Of a stretch of DNA of 64,000 nucleotides, positions 24,707-36,611 are shown in pieces. The DNA is from Felis catus (Eukaryota), in NCBI RefSeq assembly GCF_018350175.1, contig NC_058368.1, forward strand, positions 29,390,001 through 29,454,000, written 5' to 3'. Each line of letters opens with the position of its first letter. The first letter of the stretch is position 1. The translations under genes and the position numbers were made by a program. The notes beneath the pieces are model-generated. The model was not told the origin of the DNA, searched no databases, and saw nothing but the letters and a program-made list of their open reading frames with translations.

Positions 24707-27700
24707 AGAGGGGCCAACATGGTGGAGAAGTAGGGGGATCCAAAGTTCCCTTGTCTCTCAAACAAAGCAGTGTTGAAGCCAAAGGACTTTGAACTCCAAG
24801 AGTCTGGGAGGCAAAGAGGGTTGCTTCCAGGGACCCACTGGGACAACCTGACGGGCCACAGGTACATGATGGTGAACGGGGAGAGATAAAAAGAATGTAG
24901 GGGAGGGATCCCCTTCTGTGGAGAGACAAGGGGAAGAGAAAGAAAGCCTGGGGAAGCATAGGACTGTATCTTGACAACAGAAAAACCTCAGACCAGGGCG
25001 GAGAAAGATCCAATCTCTGAGGGGCTTTCTCCGGACTCGGGCCAGCTGCCCAGATCATGCACCTGGGGAGGGGGAGAGCCAGCTCCGGGGTGCAGTCCGC
25101 AGTAGGAAAAAGCGATCCCCTGCCTGGAGTGCTGTGGGACAGGACAAACCCTGCCTGCTTCCATCAGCCAGAGACCAATGTATTGGGCAGCACGGAGCGG
25201 TGCTTCTCCAGTACAGAGTGAGAGTTTGAATCCCAGCCAAGTGCCAGGGCATGGGAGTTGGCAGAGCAAGACAAACTTCTTTGTGTGGCCAGCGGCACAG
25301 TGAGTATGGCTAGAACAGAGTGGTTTGGGACATCTGGTCCATGGAGGAGAGACTGGGGTGTCGCTATTTTTCTCCTCACCACCACCACCAAGGTGGAGCC
25401 TCAGGGATCGGACCCTGGGGCCCACAGTGGAGGCGTGACCTGCCTACACCAAACCATGCCCCTCAGTGCCTGATAATGCCTATCTACTGGACTGGTATAG
25501 ACCCAGATAGCCCCTCCTCCAGACCTGTGCTGCTGCACTGCCTGGTTTAATTCTCCGACAATTCTTATTATATAGATACATTCTTCCTTCTATTTCTCCT
25601 TCTTCTCTCTTCCCTCCTCTAGTCTGGTTACTCTGGTTGTTGAGTTGTTTAAGCAGACATATTTAATCCACTGTCTTCATACATGCTCTACACCTCCTTT
25701 ATTTTCCTTTCTCTCTCTCTCGAATAAGCCATATTGTCTGTCTGTCTGGACAACTTTATCTTTTCTTTTTCCCCCACCTCCTTCTTTATTTTCCTCTCTC
25801 TCTCTCTTGGTTAAGCCATACAGTTTCTCTGCCTGGTCAATTTTTATTTTTTCTTTTGCCCCGCCCCTGTCATTTCTCTCTTTGTATGTACTCTTTCATC
25901 AGCACTGCCTCCATGCTGTTCTTTACTTGTATTTGGTGTTTCTGGTTTGTTTTTTTTTTGTTAGTGTCTTTACATGTTTTCTGTCTGCTTTTTGTTTGTG
26001 TTCCTTTCCAGGGCTACTTCAAGGAACAAATCAGAGCACACCTGGTGGAGGGTCCAAAACAACACTACGAGTAGGGAGGTAAAGTAACCAAAGTCACAAC
26101 AACAGAGAAAGTCACACTCTCTAAAAAACACCTCCTGAAGGGCCAGGCCCTGGAAAGTATATGACCGCTCTTTAATATAGTAATGCTCGTAGGTGCAGGG
26201 CACATAACAAGCTTTTAAAACACATAAGGGACAGAAAACTAGCCAAAATGATGAAATAGAAGAATTCTCCTCAAAAGAAATTCCAGGAAGAAATGACAAC
26301 CAAAGAATTGCTCAAAACAGATATAAACAACATACCTTAACAAGAATTTAGACAAGAGGTGGTCACAAGGAGGACTGAAGAGGCAGAGGAGAGAATAGGT
26401 GAAATAGAAGATAAAATAATGGAAAAAGATGAAGCTGAGAAAAAAATAGATAAAAAAATTCTGGATCACAAGGGGAGAATTAGAGAAGTAAGTGATTCAA
26501 TGAAACGGAACAATATCCATATCATAGGAGTTCCAGAAGAAGAGAGAGAGAAAGGGGCCAAAGGTATACTTGAACAAATATAGCTGAGAACTTCCCCAAT
26601 CTGGGGAAAGAGAAAGACATTGAAATCCAGGAGGCACAGAGAACTCCCTTTAGACATAACCTGAATCGATCTTCTGCATGACATATCATAGTGAAACTGG
26701 AAAAATACAAAGATAAAGAGAGAATTCTGAAAGCAGCCATGGATAAGCGGGCCTCAACAAACAAGGGTAGACACATAAGGGTAGTAGCAGACCTATCTAC
26801 TGAAACTTGGCAGGCCAGAAAGGAGTAGCAGGAAATTTTCTATGTGATGAACAGGAAAAATATGCAGCTAAGAATCCTTTATCCAGCAAGCATGTCATTC
26901 AAAATAGAAGAGATCAAAGTTTTCCCAAACAAAAACTGAAGGAATTCATCACCACTAAACCAGCCCTACAAGAGATCCTAAGGGGGACTCTGTGAGTGAA
27001 ATGTTGCTAGGACCACAAAGGACCAGAGACATCACCACAAGCATGAAACCTACGAATAACACAATGACTCTAAACCCATATCTTTCAATAGTAACACTGA
27101 ATGTAAATGGACTAAATGCTCTAATCAAATGACACAAGGTATCAGAATGGATAAAAAAAAACAAGACCCATCTATTTGCTTTCTACAAAAGACCCATTTT
27201 AGACTTGAGAACCCCTTCAGATTCAAAGGGGATGCAGAACATTTTATCATGCTACTGAAGTCAAAGCTGGAGTAGTCATACTTACATCAGACAAACTAGT
27301 TTTAAACTAAAGGCTGTAACAAGAGATGAAGGAGGGCATTATATAATAGTTACGGGGTCTATCCATCAAGAGGAGCTAACCATTATAAATGTCTATGCAC
27401 TGAATTTGGGAGAACCCAAATATATAAAACAATCACAAACATAAGCAATCTTATTGGTAAGAATGTGGTAATTGCAGAGGACTTTAATACTCCACTTACA
27501 ACACATCATCTAGACACACCATCTAGACAGAAAATCAGTAAACAAAGGCCCTGAATGATACATTGGACCAGATGGACTTGACAGACATGTTTAGAACTCT
27601 GCATCCCAAAGCAACAGAAGATACTTTCTTCTGGAGTGCACATGGAACATTCTCCAAGAAAGATCAGAAACTGGGACACAAAACAGCCCTCAATAAATAT

Positions 27701-30700
27701 AAAAGAATTGAGATCATACCATGCACACTTTCAGATCACAATGCTATGAAACTTGAAATCAACCACAGGAAAAAGTCTGGAAAACCTCTAAAAGCATGGA
27801 GGTTAAAGAACATCCTACTAAAGAATGAATGGGTCAACCAGGCCATTAGAGAAGAAATTAAAAAATATATGGAAACAAATGAAAATGAAAACACAACAGT
27901 TCAAAACCTTTGGGATTTGACAGTCCTAAGAGGACAGCAAAAACAGCAGAGACAGTCGTAAGAGGAAAATACATTGCAATCCAGGCCTAACTCAAGACAC
28001 AAGAAAAATCCCATATACAAAATCTAACAGCACAGCTAAAGGAACTAGAAGCAGAACAGTAAAGACACCCTAAACCCAGAAGAAGAAGAGAAATAATAAA
28101 GATCAGAGCAGAAATAAACAATAGAGAATAAAAAAAAAAAAAACCCAAAACAAAACAGTAGAGCAGATCAACAAAAGCAAGAGTTGGTTTTTTGAAAAAA
28201 TAAACAAAATTGATAAATCTCTAGCCAGGCTTCTCAAAAAGAAGAGAGAGAGGACCCAAATAGATAAAATCATGAATGAAAATGGAATTATTACAACCAA
28301 TCCCTTAGAAATACAAGCAATTATCAGGGAATATGGAAAATTATATGCCAACAAACTGGACAACCTGGAAGAAATGGATAAATTCTTAAACACCCATACA
28401 CTTTCCAAACTCAAATGGGAAGAAATAGAAAATTTGAACAGACCCATAACTAGTGAAGAAATTCAATCAGTTATCAAAAATCTCCCAACAAATAAGAGTC
28501 CCCAGGCTTCCCTGGGGAACTCTACCAGACATTTAAATTTTTTTTTTTTCTTTTCAATGTTTTTTATTTATTTTTGGGACAGAGAGAGACAGAGCATGAA
28601 CGGGGGAGGAGCAGAGAGAGAGGGAGACACAGAATCGGAAACAGGCTCCAGGCTCCGAGCCATCAGCCCAGAGCCTGATGCGGGGCTCGAACTCACGGAC
28701 CGCAAGATCGTGACCTGGCTGAAGTCGGATGCTTAACCGACTGCGCCACCCAGGCGCCCCTCTACCAGACATTTAAAGCAGAGATAATACCTATCCTTCT
28801 CAAGCTGTTCCAAAAAATAGAAAGGGAAGGAAAACTTCCGGACTCATTTTATGAAGCCAGCATTACCTTGATTCCCAAACCAGACAGAGATCCCACAAAA
28901 AAGGAGTACAGGCCAATATCCCTGATGAACATGGATGCAGAAATTCTCAAGATAATAGAAAATCGAATTCAATAGCATATAAAAAAAATTATTTACCATG
29001 ATCAAGTGGGATTCATTCCTGGGCTGCAGGGCTGGTTCAATATTTGCAAATCAATCAATGTGATACATCACATTAATAAAAGAAAAGAACCATACGATCC
29101 TGTTAATAGATGCAGAAAAAGTATTTGACAAAATACAAGATCCTTTCTTAATGAAAACCCTCGAGAAAGCTGAGGAACATACTTAAACATCATAAAAGCC
29201 ATTTATGAAAAGCCCACAGCTAATATCCTCAATGGGGAAAAACTGAGAGCTTTCCCCCCCGAGATCAGGAACACGACAGGGATGTGTACTCTCACCACTG
29301 TTGTTTAACATAGTGTTGGAAGTCCTACCATCAGCAATCAGACAACAAAATGAAATCACAGGCATCCAAATTGGCAAAGAAGAAGTCAAACTTTCACTTT
29401 TTGCAGACGACATGAGACTCTACATGGAGAACCCAACAGACTCCACCAAAAGTCTGCTGGAACTAATACATGAATTCAGCAATGTCACAAGGTACAAAAT
29501 TAATATACAGAAATCGGTTGCATTTTTATACACCAATAATGAAGCAACAGAAAGAGAAATAAAGAAATTGATCCCATTCACAATTACACCAAGAATCATA
29601 AAATACCTAGGAATAAACCTAACCAAAGATGTAAAAGATCTATATCCTGAAAACTATAGAAAGCTTATGAAGGAAACTGAAGAAGATACAAAGAAATGGA
29701 AAAGCATTCCATGCTCATGGATTGGAAAAATAAATACTCTTAAAATGTCAATACCACCCAAAGTAATCTATATATTCAATGCAATCCCAATCAAAATTGC
29801 TCCAGCGTTCTTCTCAAAGCTAGAACAAGCAATCCTAAAATCTGTATGGAACCACAAAAGACCCTGAATAGCCAAATACTGAAGAAGAAAACCAAAGCAG
29901 GAGGCATCACAATCCCAGACTTTAGTCTCTACTACAAAGCTATAAGCATCAAGACAGTATGATACTGGTTGGCACAAAAACAGACACATAGACCAATGGA
30001 ATAGAATAAAGACCCCAGAATTGGACCCACAAAATGTATGGCCAACTAATCTTTGGCAAAGCAGGAAAGAGTATCCAATGGAAAAAAGACAGTCTCTTTA
30101 ACAAATGGTCCTGGGAGAACTGGACAGCAACATGATAAGAATGAAACTAGACCACTTTCTTACACCATACACAAAAATAAACTCAAAATGGATGAAACAC
30201 ATAAATGTGAGACAGGAAACCATCAAAATCCTAGAGGAGAAAGCAGGCAACAACCTCTCTGATCTCAGCTGCAGCAATTTCTTACTCGACATTATCTCCA
30301 AAGACAAGGGAATTAAAAGCAAAAATGAACTGCTGGGACCCCATCAAGATAAAAAACTTCTCCACTGCAAAGAAAACAATCAACAAAACTAAAAGGCAAC
30401 CGATGGAATGGGAAAAGATATTTGCAAATGACATATCGGATAAACGGCTAGTACCCAGAATCTATAAAGAACTCACCAAACTCCACACCTGAAAATAAAT
30501 AATCCAGCGAAGAAATGGGCAGAAGACATGAACAGACACTTTTTTAAAGAAGACATCCAGATGGCCAATTGACACATGAAAAGATGCTCAACGTCACTCT
30601 TCAACAGGGAAATACAAATCAAAGCCACACTGAGATACCACCTCACCCTAGTCAGAGTGGCTAAAATGAACAAATCAGGAAACTATAGATGCTGGTGAGG

Positions 30701-31365
30701 ATGTGGAGAAATGGGAACCCTCTTGCACTGTTGGTGGGAATGCAAATTGGTGCAGCTGCTCTGGGAAACAGTGTGGAGGTTCCTCAGAAAATTAAAAATA
30801 GACCTACCCTATGACCCAGCAATAGCACTGCTAGGAATTTACCCAAGGGATACAGGAGTGCTAATGCATAGGCACACATGTAACCCAATGTTTATAGCAG
30901 CACTTTCAACAATAGCCAAATTATGGAAAGAACCTAAATGTCCATCAACTGATGAATGGATAAAAGAAGATGTGGCTTATATATACAATGGAATACTACT
31001 TGGCAATGAGAAAGAATGAAATCCTGCCATCTGCCGCAACATGGATGAAACAGGAAGGTATTATGCTGAGTGAAGTAAGTCAGTCAGAGAAGGACACACA
31101 TGTTTTCACTCAAGTAGATCTTGAGAAACTTAACAGAAGTCCATGGGGGAAGGAAAGGGGGAAAAATAGTTACAGACAGAGAGGGAGGGAGCCAGACCAC
31201 AAGAGACTCTTAAATACTGAGAACAAACAGAGGTGGATGGGGTGGTGGGGGAGAGGGGAAAATGGGTGATGAGCATTGAGGAGGGCAACTTGTTGGGATG
31301 AGCACTGGGTATTGTATGTTAAGACAATTTGACAATAAATTATATTAAAAAAAAAAAAAAAAAAA
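24707..31365 (+). mobile_element. Full-length-type LINE-1 (about 6.7 kb), the least decayed large L1 here, inserted in ERV gag; ORFs disrupted
   Basis: GC-rich 5'UTR; ORF1 from about 26249; ORF2 pieces 27563-27961, 29301-29867 (LFADD) and 30711-31019; poly(A) 31347-31369. TSD aaaaggac(c/t)agg at 24695-24706 and 31366-31377. Confidence 0.95.
28538..28760 (-). mobile_element. Young felid SINE inside L1 ORF2
   Basis: Perfect TSD tctaccagacatttaaa at 28521-28537 and 28761-28777. Confidence 0.95.
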
Positions 31366-31377
31366 AAAAGGACTAGG

Positions 31378-31507
31378 TTGAAATGGTAAATTGCCCACCC
31401 CAGATTTAGTTAACACGGCAAACCTGCTCACTTGCATCCTAGGTGAGTCACCTACAAGAAAGACTGCTAAAATGATCAATTTTCAACTCTGGCAAATGAA
31501 GGCCCCT

Positions 31508-31556
<49 letters not shown>

Positions 31557-34500
31557 TGCACGCACGCACGCACCAAACAAACCTAGTGTCTGCTATTATA
31601 CTGCAAAGAGCCAGGGCAGTTTTAAAAAAAAAAAAAAGGTTGTTATAAACTTAAGCTCTCTGGGCACCTTCAGCCCTCTAGTCTGAATTCCTCTAATGAA
31701 TTCCTAATTCCCAATGATGGGGCTCTGAGGAACTACAGGGACTCTTCCCTCTTAATCAGCTTTGGGGAACCTGTCTCCAGATTGGGAAAAAATCTCTCTC
31801 TTCATATTGACAGCAGAGCTATACTCTCTGTCATCCACCCCACTGCTACAAGGCAGCCCCTGCCTTGGAGTAGTAAAACAGTTCAAATAGAGGGGGTCTC
31901 TAATAAACGTCATCAGGTTCCTATCTCTGAATCTATTCCCTTTTGTCTAGGTTTTTTCCCCCTTAGTTATTACACCCCTATTCATTTATTGGGCCTAGAT
32001 TTCTTAGATGAGTATATTATGTCAGAACTTCTTTATCCCAAGAGAGAGAAATAATTTTAGAATTTGACAGTATTAATCAAAATAGCCAGAGGATCTAGAT
32101 GACCTTTGACATCTTTTACTCCTATTGAATCAGCTACCAACCTCTTTATGGGCAAAATCCCCAAGTGATATTGGCAGAATCTACAGTGAACCTCCCATCA
32201 AGATTCACATAGTGTTCTCAAAACCTCATCTTATAATTAATCAATACCAGATAAGTAAAGAAGCCCTTTCAGGATTCAAACTTGTAATACTAGATTACGA
32301 GGCCCAGGGCCTCACTATCCCTCTTCCCTATTCCCTGTAGTAAGTACTTTACCAAAGGCTAAGGATGGAGGTTCTTCCAAAATCTCTGAACAATAAATAA
32401 CACTGCTATCCCTTGGCACCCTGTTATTGGTAACCCCCATATGCTACTAGCAACCATTTTTACTGAAAGAAAACTTTTCATTGTAATCGACTTAAAAAGC
32501 ACATTTTTAGTATTAAAGTTGATGGGGATAGCCTGTATCTTTTTGCTTTCATCTGGAAAGAATGGAAATACACCTGGACAGTAATTCTCCAGGGTACTTC
32601 TTTTTCACAACCTTAAAAGCTGATTTGGATATCAAGTTTTCTGCAGGTCTGTTTTATAAAATGTAGATGATATGCCTCTCTGGCCTTAAAGGGACATAAA
32701 ATCTCCAAAGAAAAATTGCAGTTTGCTCAAACTCAGGTTAGACACTTAGGGCAACTGATCTCAAAATAAGGACTACATTTGGATCCAGGTGGACTTCAAG
32801 GCATCCTGAATTTCCCCCAATCTAAAACTAAGCAGTAATTACAAGGCTTTCTTGCACTGGCTGGCTACTGTCAAAACTGAATTCCTAACTTCTCTATAAT
32901 GGCTCAACCTTTACACGCTTTATTAAAAAGTGACAAACATAACCCTGTTATTTGGAAAGATGACATGGCCTTTGAGAACTTAAAGCCTAATAAAGCCCCT
33001 TGCTCTTGGACATCCTAATTATCAACTTCCCCTTTTTCCTTCATATATGAGAGGGAAGGGAAGGCCCTTGGAGTACTCACCCCAAAACATGAGGACCATC
33101 ATGGACCCACCCACATGCTATTAAAGCCAACTAGACCCTGTGGCACAGAGATATCCCCCCCTTGCCTCAGAGCCATTTCTGCCACTGCTTTTTTAGTTAA
33201 GGCCACTCATGAAATAGGGGATTCTCTTCATGTGTCCTCGTGCCCGTGCAGCAGAAGCCCTCCTGAATTCTCTTCACATTCTTGCTCACCTCATACGAAA
33301 TCCTTCTAACTGCTCCTGATATAACTCTTTCTCATTGCAATAACCTTAACCCTCTTATTCTCCCCTCCTTCATGGATGAAACCCCTCATGACTACTTAAT
33401 GCTGACAGCTCACCTTTTGATTCCCTGTGACCATTTACAGGAAATTCCTTAAACCAATGCAGATTTTTCATGGTTTACTGATGGTTCTTATTTAAAGGAT
33501 AAAAATGGTAAATCTTGTGCTTGGTATATTACTGCATACTCCTTTTGAAGTCATTGAGGTGGCACCTTTAACCTTTGACTACTTCAACCCAAGAAGCTGA
33601 GGTACACATCCTTACTTGAGCTTGTACCTTAATCAATGGTAAAACTATAAACGTTTAAGCTGACAGTTGGTATACCTTTGGGTATGACTTTGGAATATTA
33701 TAGAAACAAGGTGTCCTTACTTCCAATGAAACTAAAAATGACTTATGTCCAAAATTTATCAGATGTTGTACTTTTGTCAATAACTCTAGTTATTATTAAG
33801 GTTCCTAGGCATTCTAGACTTAACTCTCTCATAGGCCAAAGGAAACCACCTCGTTGATACCTCTGCCAAAAATGCTGCACTCAAGGAGACCAATAGCCAA
33901 ACCTCTATCAAGTCCACAGGGATATTATCCCAAATGATAATCTGGAAAAACTGACAAGTGATATCTAACAATTGGCCCCAGGCAAGCAGGAACACTATTT
34001 GAAATGTAATAATCATTGGCTTGATAAAAAGACAACTTTGGTTTGGACTAAATAACAATCTAGTCTTACCAGTAGTTCTAAGATTCCTAATACTTAGCTC
34101 TGTATATGCTTTAAACCTGTGGTTTACTGATAAAATAATAGCATTCCTCAACCAATACTGGTGAGGAAAGTTAATAAGGCAGCAAAAAGTGCCTAAATCA
34201 CTTGTCCCACTTTTCCAAAGTACATTCCAGGGAAACCTGTTTGTAAAAATGGATTTCATACAACTTGTCCCTCTCATGGGTAAATGTTTTAGTCATGGTT
34301 TGCATGTTTTCTCACTGAATCAAAGCTTTCCTTTGTAGACAAGCCAATAATGCTTCTGTGGCTAAAATTCTGAGATTATCTCTACCTGGGAACCCCTCTC
34401 AAATTTCACAGTGAGTGGGGAATCCTTTTTACTGGCCAGGTGCTTTAACAAATCTATGCTGTTTGGCCAGTTTTAGAACACTTTCATTGTGCATACCATC

Positions 34501-34670
34501 CTTAATGCTCAGAGTTACTCACATACAGTAACAGCACTAATGAGACTCAACTGGTACAATTTGTAGAGACCCTCCAAAAACCCTGACCAAAACCTCTCAC
34601 TCTCTGGGACAGTCACAGGATTTCCAATACACTTGGCTCTTGCCTCCTCTGACGCACAGTTAATAAAAGA
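31378..34670 (+). pseudogene. ERV gag end, protease, RT, RNase H and integrase remnants
   Basis: Zinc-knuckle-like C..CKEPG at about 31590-31618; protease-like LHIDSRAILS at about 31800; RT YLFAFIWKEWKYTWTVILQG at 32536-32595 and GFLALAGYCQN*IPNF at about 32845-32892; RNase H WFTDGSYLK at 33471; IN MDFIQL at 34249. Many stops. Confidence 0.88.
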
Positions 34671-35479
34671 ACATAGGGGCGCCTGGGTGGCTCAGTCATT
34701 TAAGCATCCAACTCTTGATTTTGGCTCAGGTCATGATCTCACAGTTGTGAGCTCGGGGCTGAGCACGGAGCTTGCTTGCGATCCCTCTCTCCCTCTCTCT
34801 CTGCCCTTCCCCTGCTCACACGTGCTCTCTCAAAATAAATAGACATTAAAAAAGAAAGAAAATATATTTCAACACTGTAAAGACCTAATTGCTTCTATCA
34901 AAAATAACCATGTTTTGGTACATGTTTTTCACAGTGCACTTTGGAGGAGACAAAGACCTTAAGTATCACATCTTGCAAACTGAGGATTTTGTCTGCTGGA
35001 AAATGCACCTCCACATACTCTTCTACCTTGCTAGAAAGGCTCTTATCGGGAACTACAATCCTTATGCCTCCAAACTGCAGGGAATAGACTTTTGGTTCAT
35101 GTAAAGAAAGCACCTGGGGCACCTAGGTGGCTCAGTCAGTTAAGACTCTGACTTTGGCTCAGGTCATGATCTCATGGGTCATGAATTTGAGTCCCGCATC
35201 AGGCTCTGTGCTGACACCTGGGAGCCTGGAGCCTGCTTCCGATTCTGTGTCTGCCTTTCTCTCTGCCCCTCCCCCGGTTGTGTTCTGTCTCTCTTTCTCA
35301 AACATAAACAAACATTAAAAAGGGAGGAAGGGAGGGAGGGAGGGAGGAAGGAAGGAAGGAACCAAACCCTGACTGGATCTGTACATCACCTGGTGACCTG
35401 AAGGTACAGATTTGCTGAAACTGAAGCAGATGACATCTGATGACATAGTTTTCCCTATGTCTGGACCAGGCTGAATACC

Positions 35480-36605
35480 TTTTTCTCACTTTCTTCTCTC
35501 TCATGGAAAGACAAGGTACTCATCTGCATTTCTCAAGCCCTTGCAAAAAACCCCCTTCTTCTGATTATGGCTTTTAGGAAAAAGCCTTATCATGATCCTA
35601 GGACAAATTAATTTTTTACTTGCTTTTTTAAAGGGTCAGAAGTTTCAGAATTCACAGTTTTATTTCATCTAAACCATTAACTGACGTTAGAGTCTTATCC
35701 AAAATAATGGGTCTCTAATTTTGCAAACTTACTGACTGTATTATTAATAACACATTTGGTTCTAGATACTTCTTCTGAGATAACATTTTAAAAAAGTCGA
35801 AATTTCAAGTTTTGCTATTTTGCAAAAAGCTCACCAGCTTTTGCTTCATGATTATACCTCCACTGTATCTTCCAAAATGCATTTGGTTAATTCTTTCAGT
35901 GTGCAGTATCTACTATTGTGTTTTCATGGTTGCTTTAAGTGGGGACTTCTGGAAAGGAGGCATACACAAGCCCAGGTTTGCCTTCACAGGGAGAACAATT
36001 CTCCCCTAAGTTGGAATAAGTGCCAAAAAATATTTCACCTGGCTACTTTCAGACCAAGAGTCCTGGTTTGGAATCTGGTTTGGAACCATGATATGATTTG
36101 GAATTGTTCTGTTTTGTGTAAATTATTTTAAGTTTTATATATTTTTTGCCTATTGAACTAAAAAAAAAGTGTACCCAATAAAGTGATGTTGGCCCAACAC
36201 TTTAAGATGACCTCCAACACTTAGAACCTGAAGAAGACTGGGACTTTAAGTGGGAGTACCTCAGAGTTTCTTCCTCTTAACTTTCCTAGTTAATCAAATG
36301 TGGCTTTAAGTAGTTTCCAACTGTTATACACTTTCTTTCTGATATTACACATGACAACCTGGAAAGGTTCTTCCAGACTCTGAGGGATAAACACACTGAA
36401 TATGGAAAACCTGACTTGATCAGTGATACTTTTTTGTTTTTAAAGTAGGCCTCATACCCAGTGTGGAGCCCAACATGGGGCTTGAACTCATGACTCTGAG
36501 ATCAAGACCTGAGCTGAGATCAAGAATCTGGTTGCTTAACTGAATGAGACAACCAAGCACACTTATCAGTGATACTTTCAAAGAAACTTGATCAAAAGGG
36601 AGAAA
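35480..36605 (+). pseudogene. Heavily deleted ERV env remnant and 3' untranslated region ending in the polypurine tract
   Basis: WKDKVLICISQALAK (env N-terminus-like) at about 35505; no long ORF; PPT aaaagggagaaa at 36594-36605 followed by TGTG. Confidence 0.55.
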
Positions 36606-36611
36606 TGTGGA

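Noticed and set aside
24707..31365. Possible retrotransposition-competent L1
   Set aside because: ORF1 has early stops and an apparent deletion; ORF2 has frameshifts and a SINE insertion.
35480..36130. Possible co-opted env (syncytin/HEMO-like)
   Set aside because: Only short degenerate env-like traces; no long ORF, furin site or intact TM region visible.
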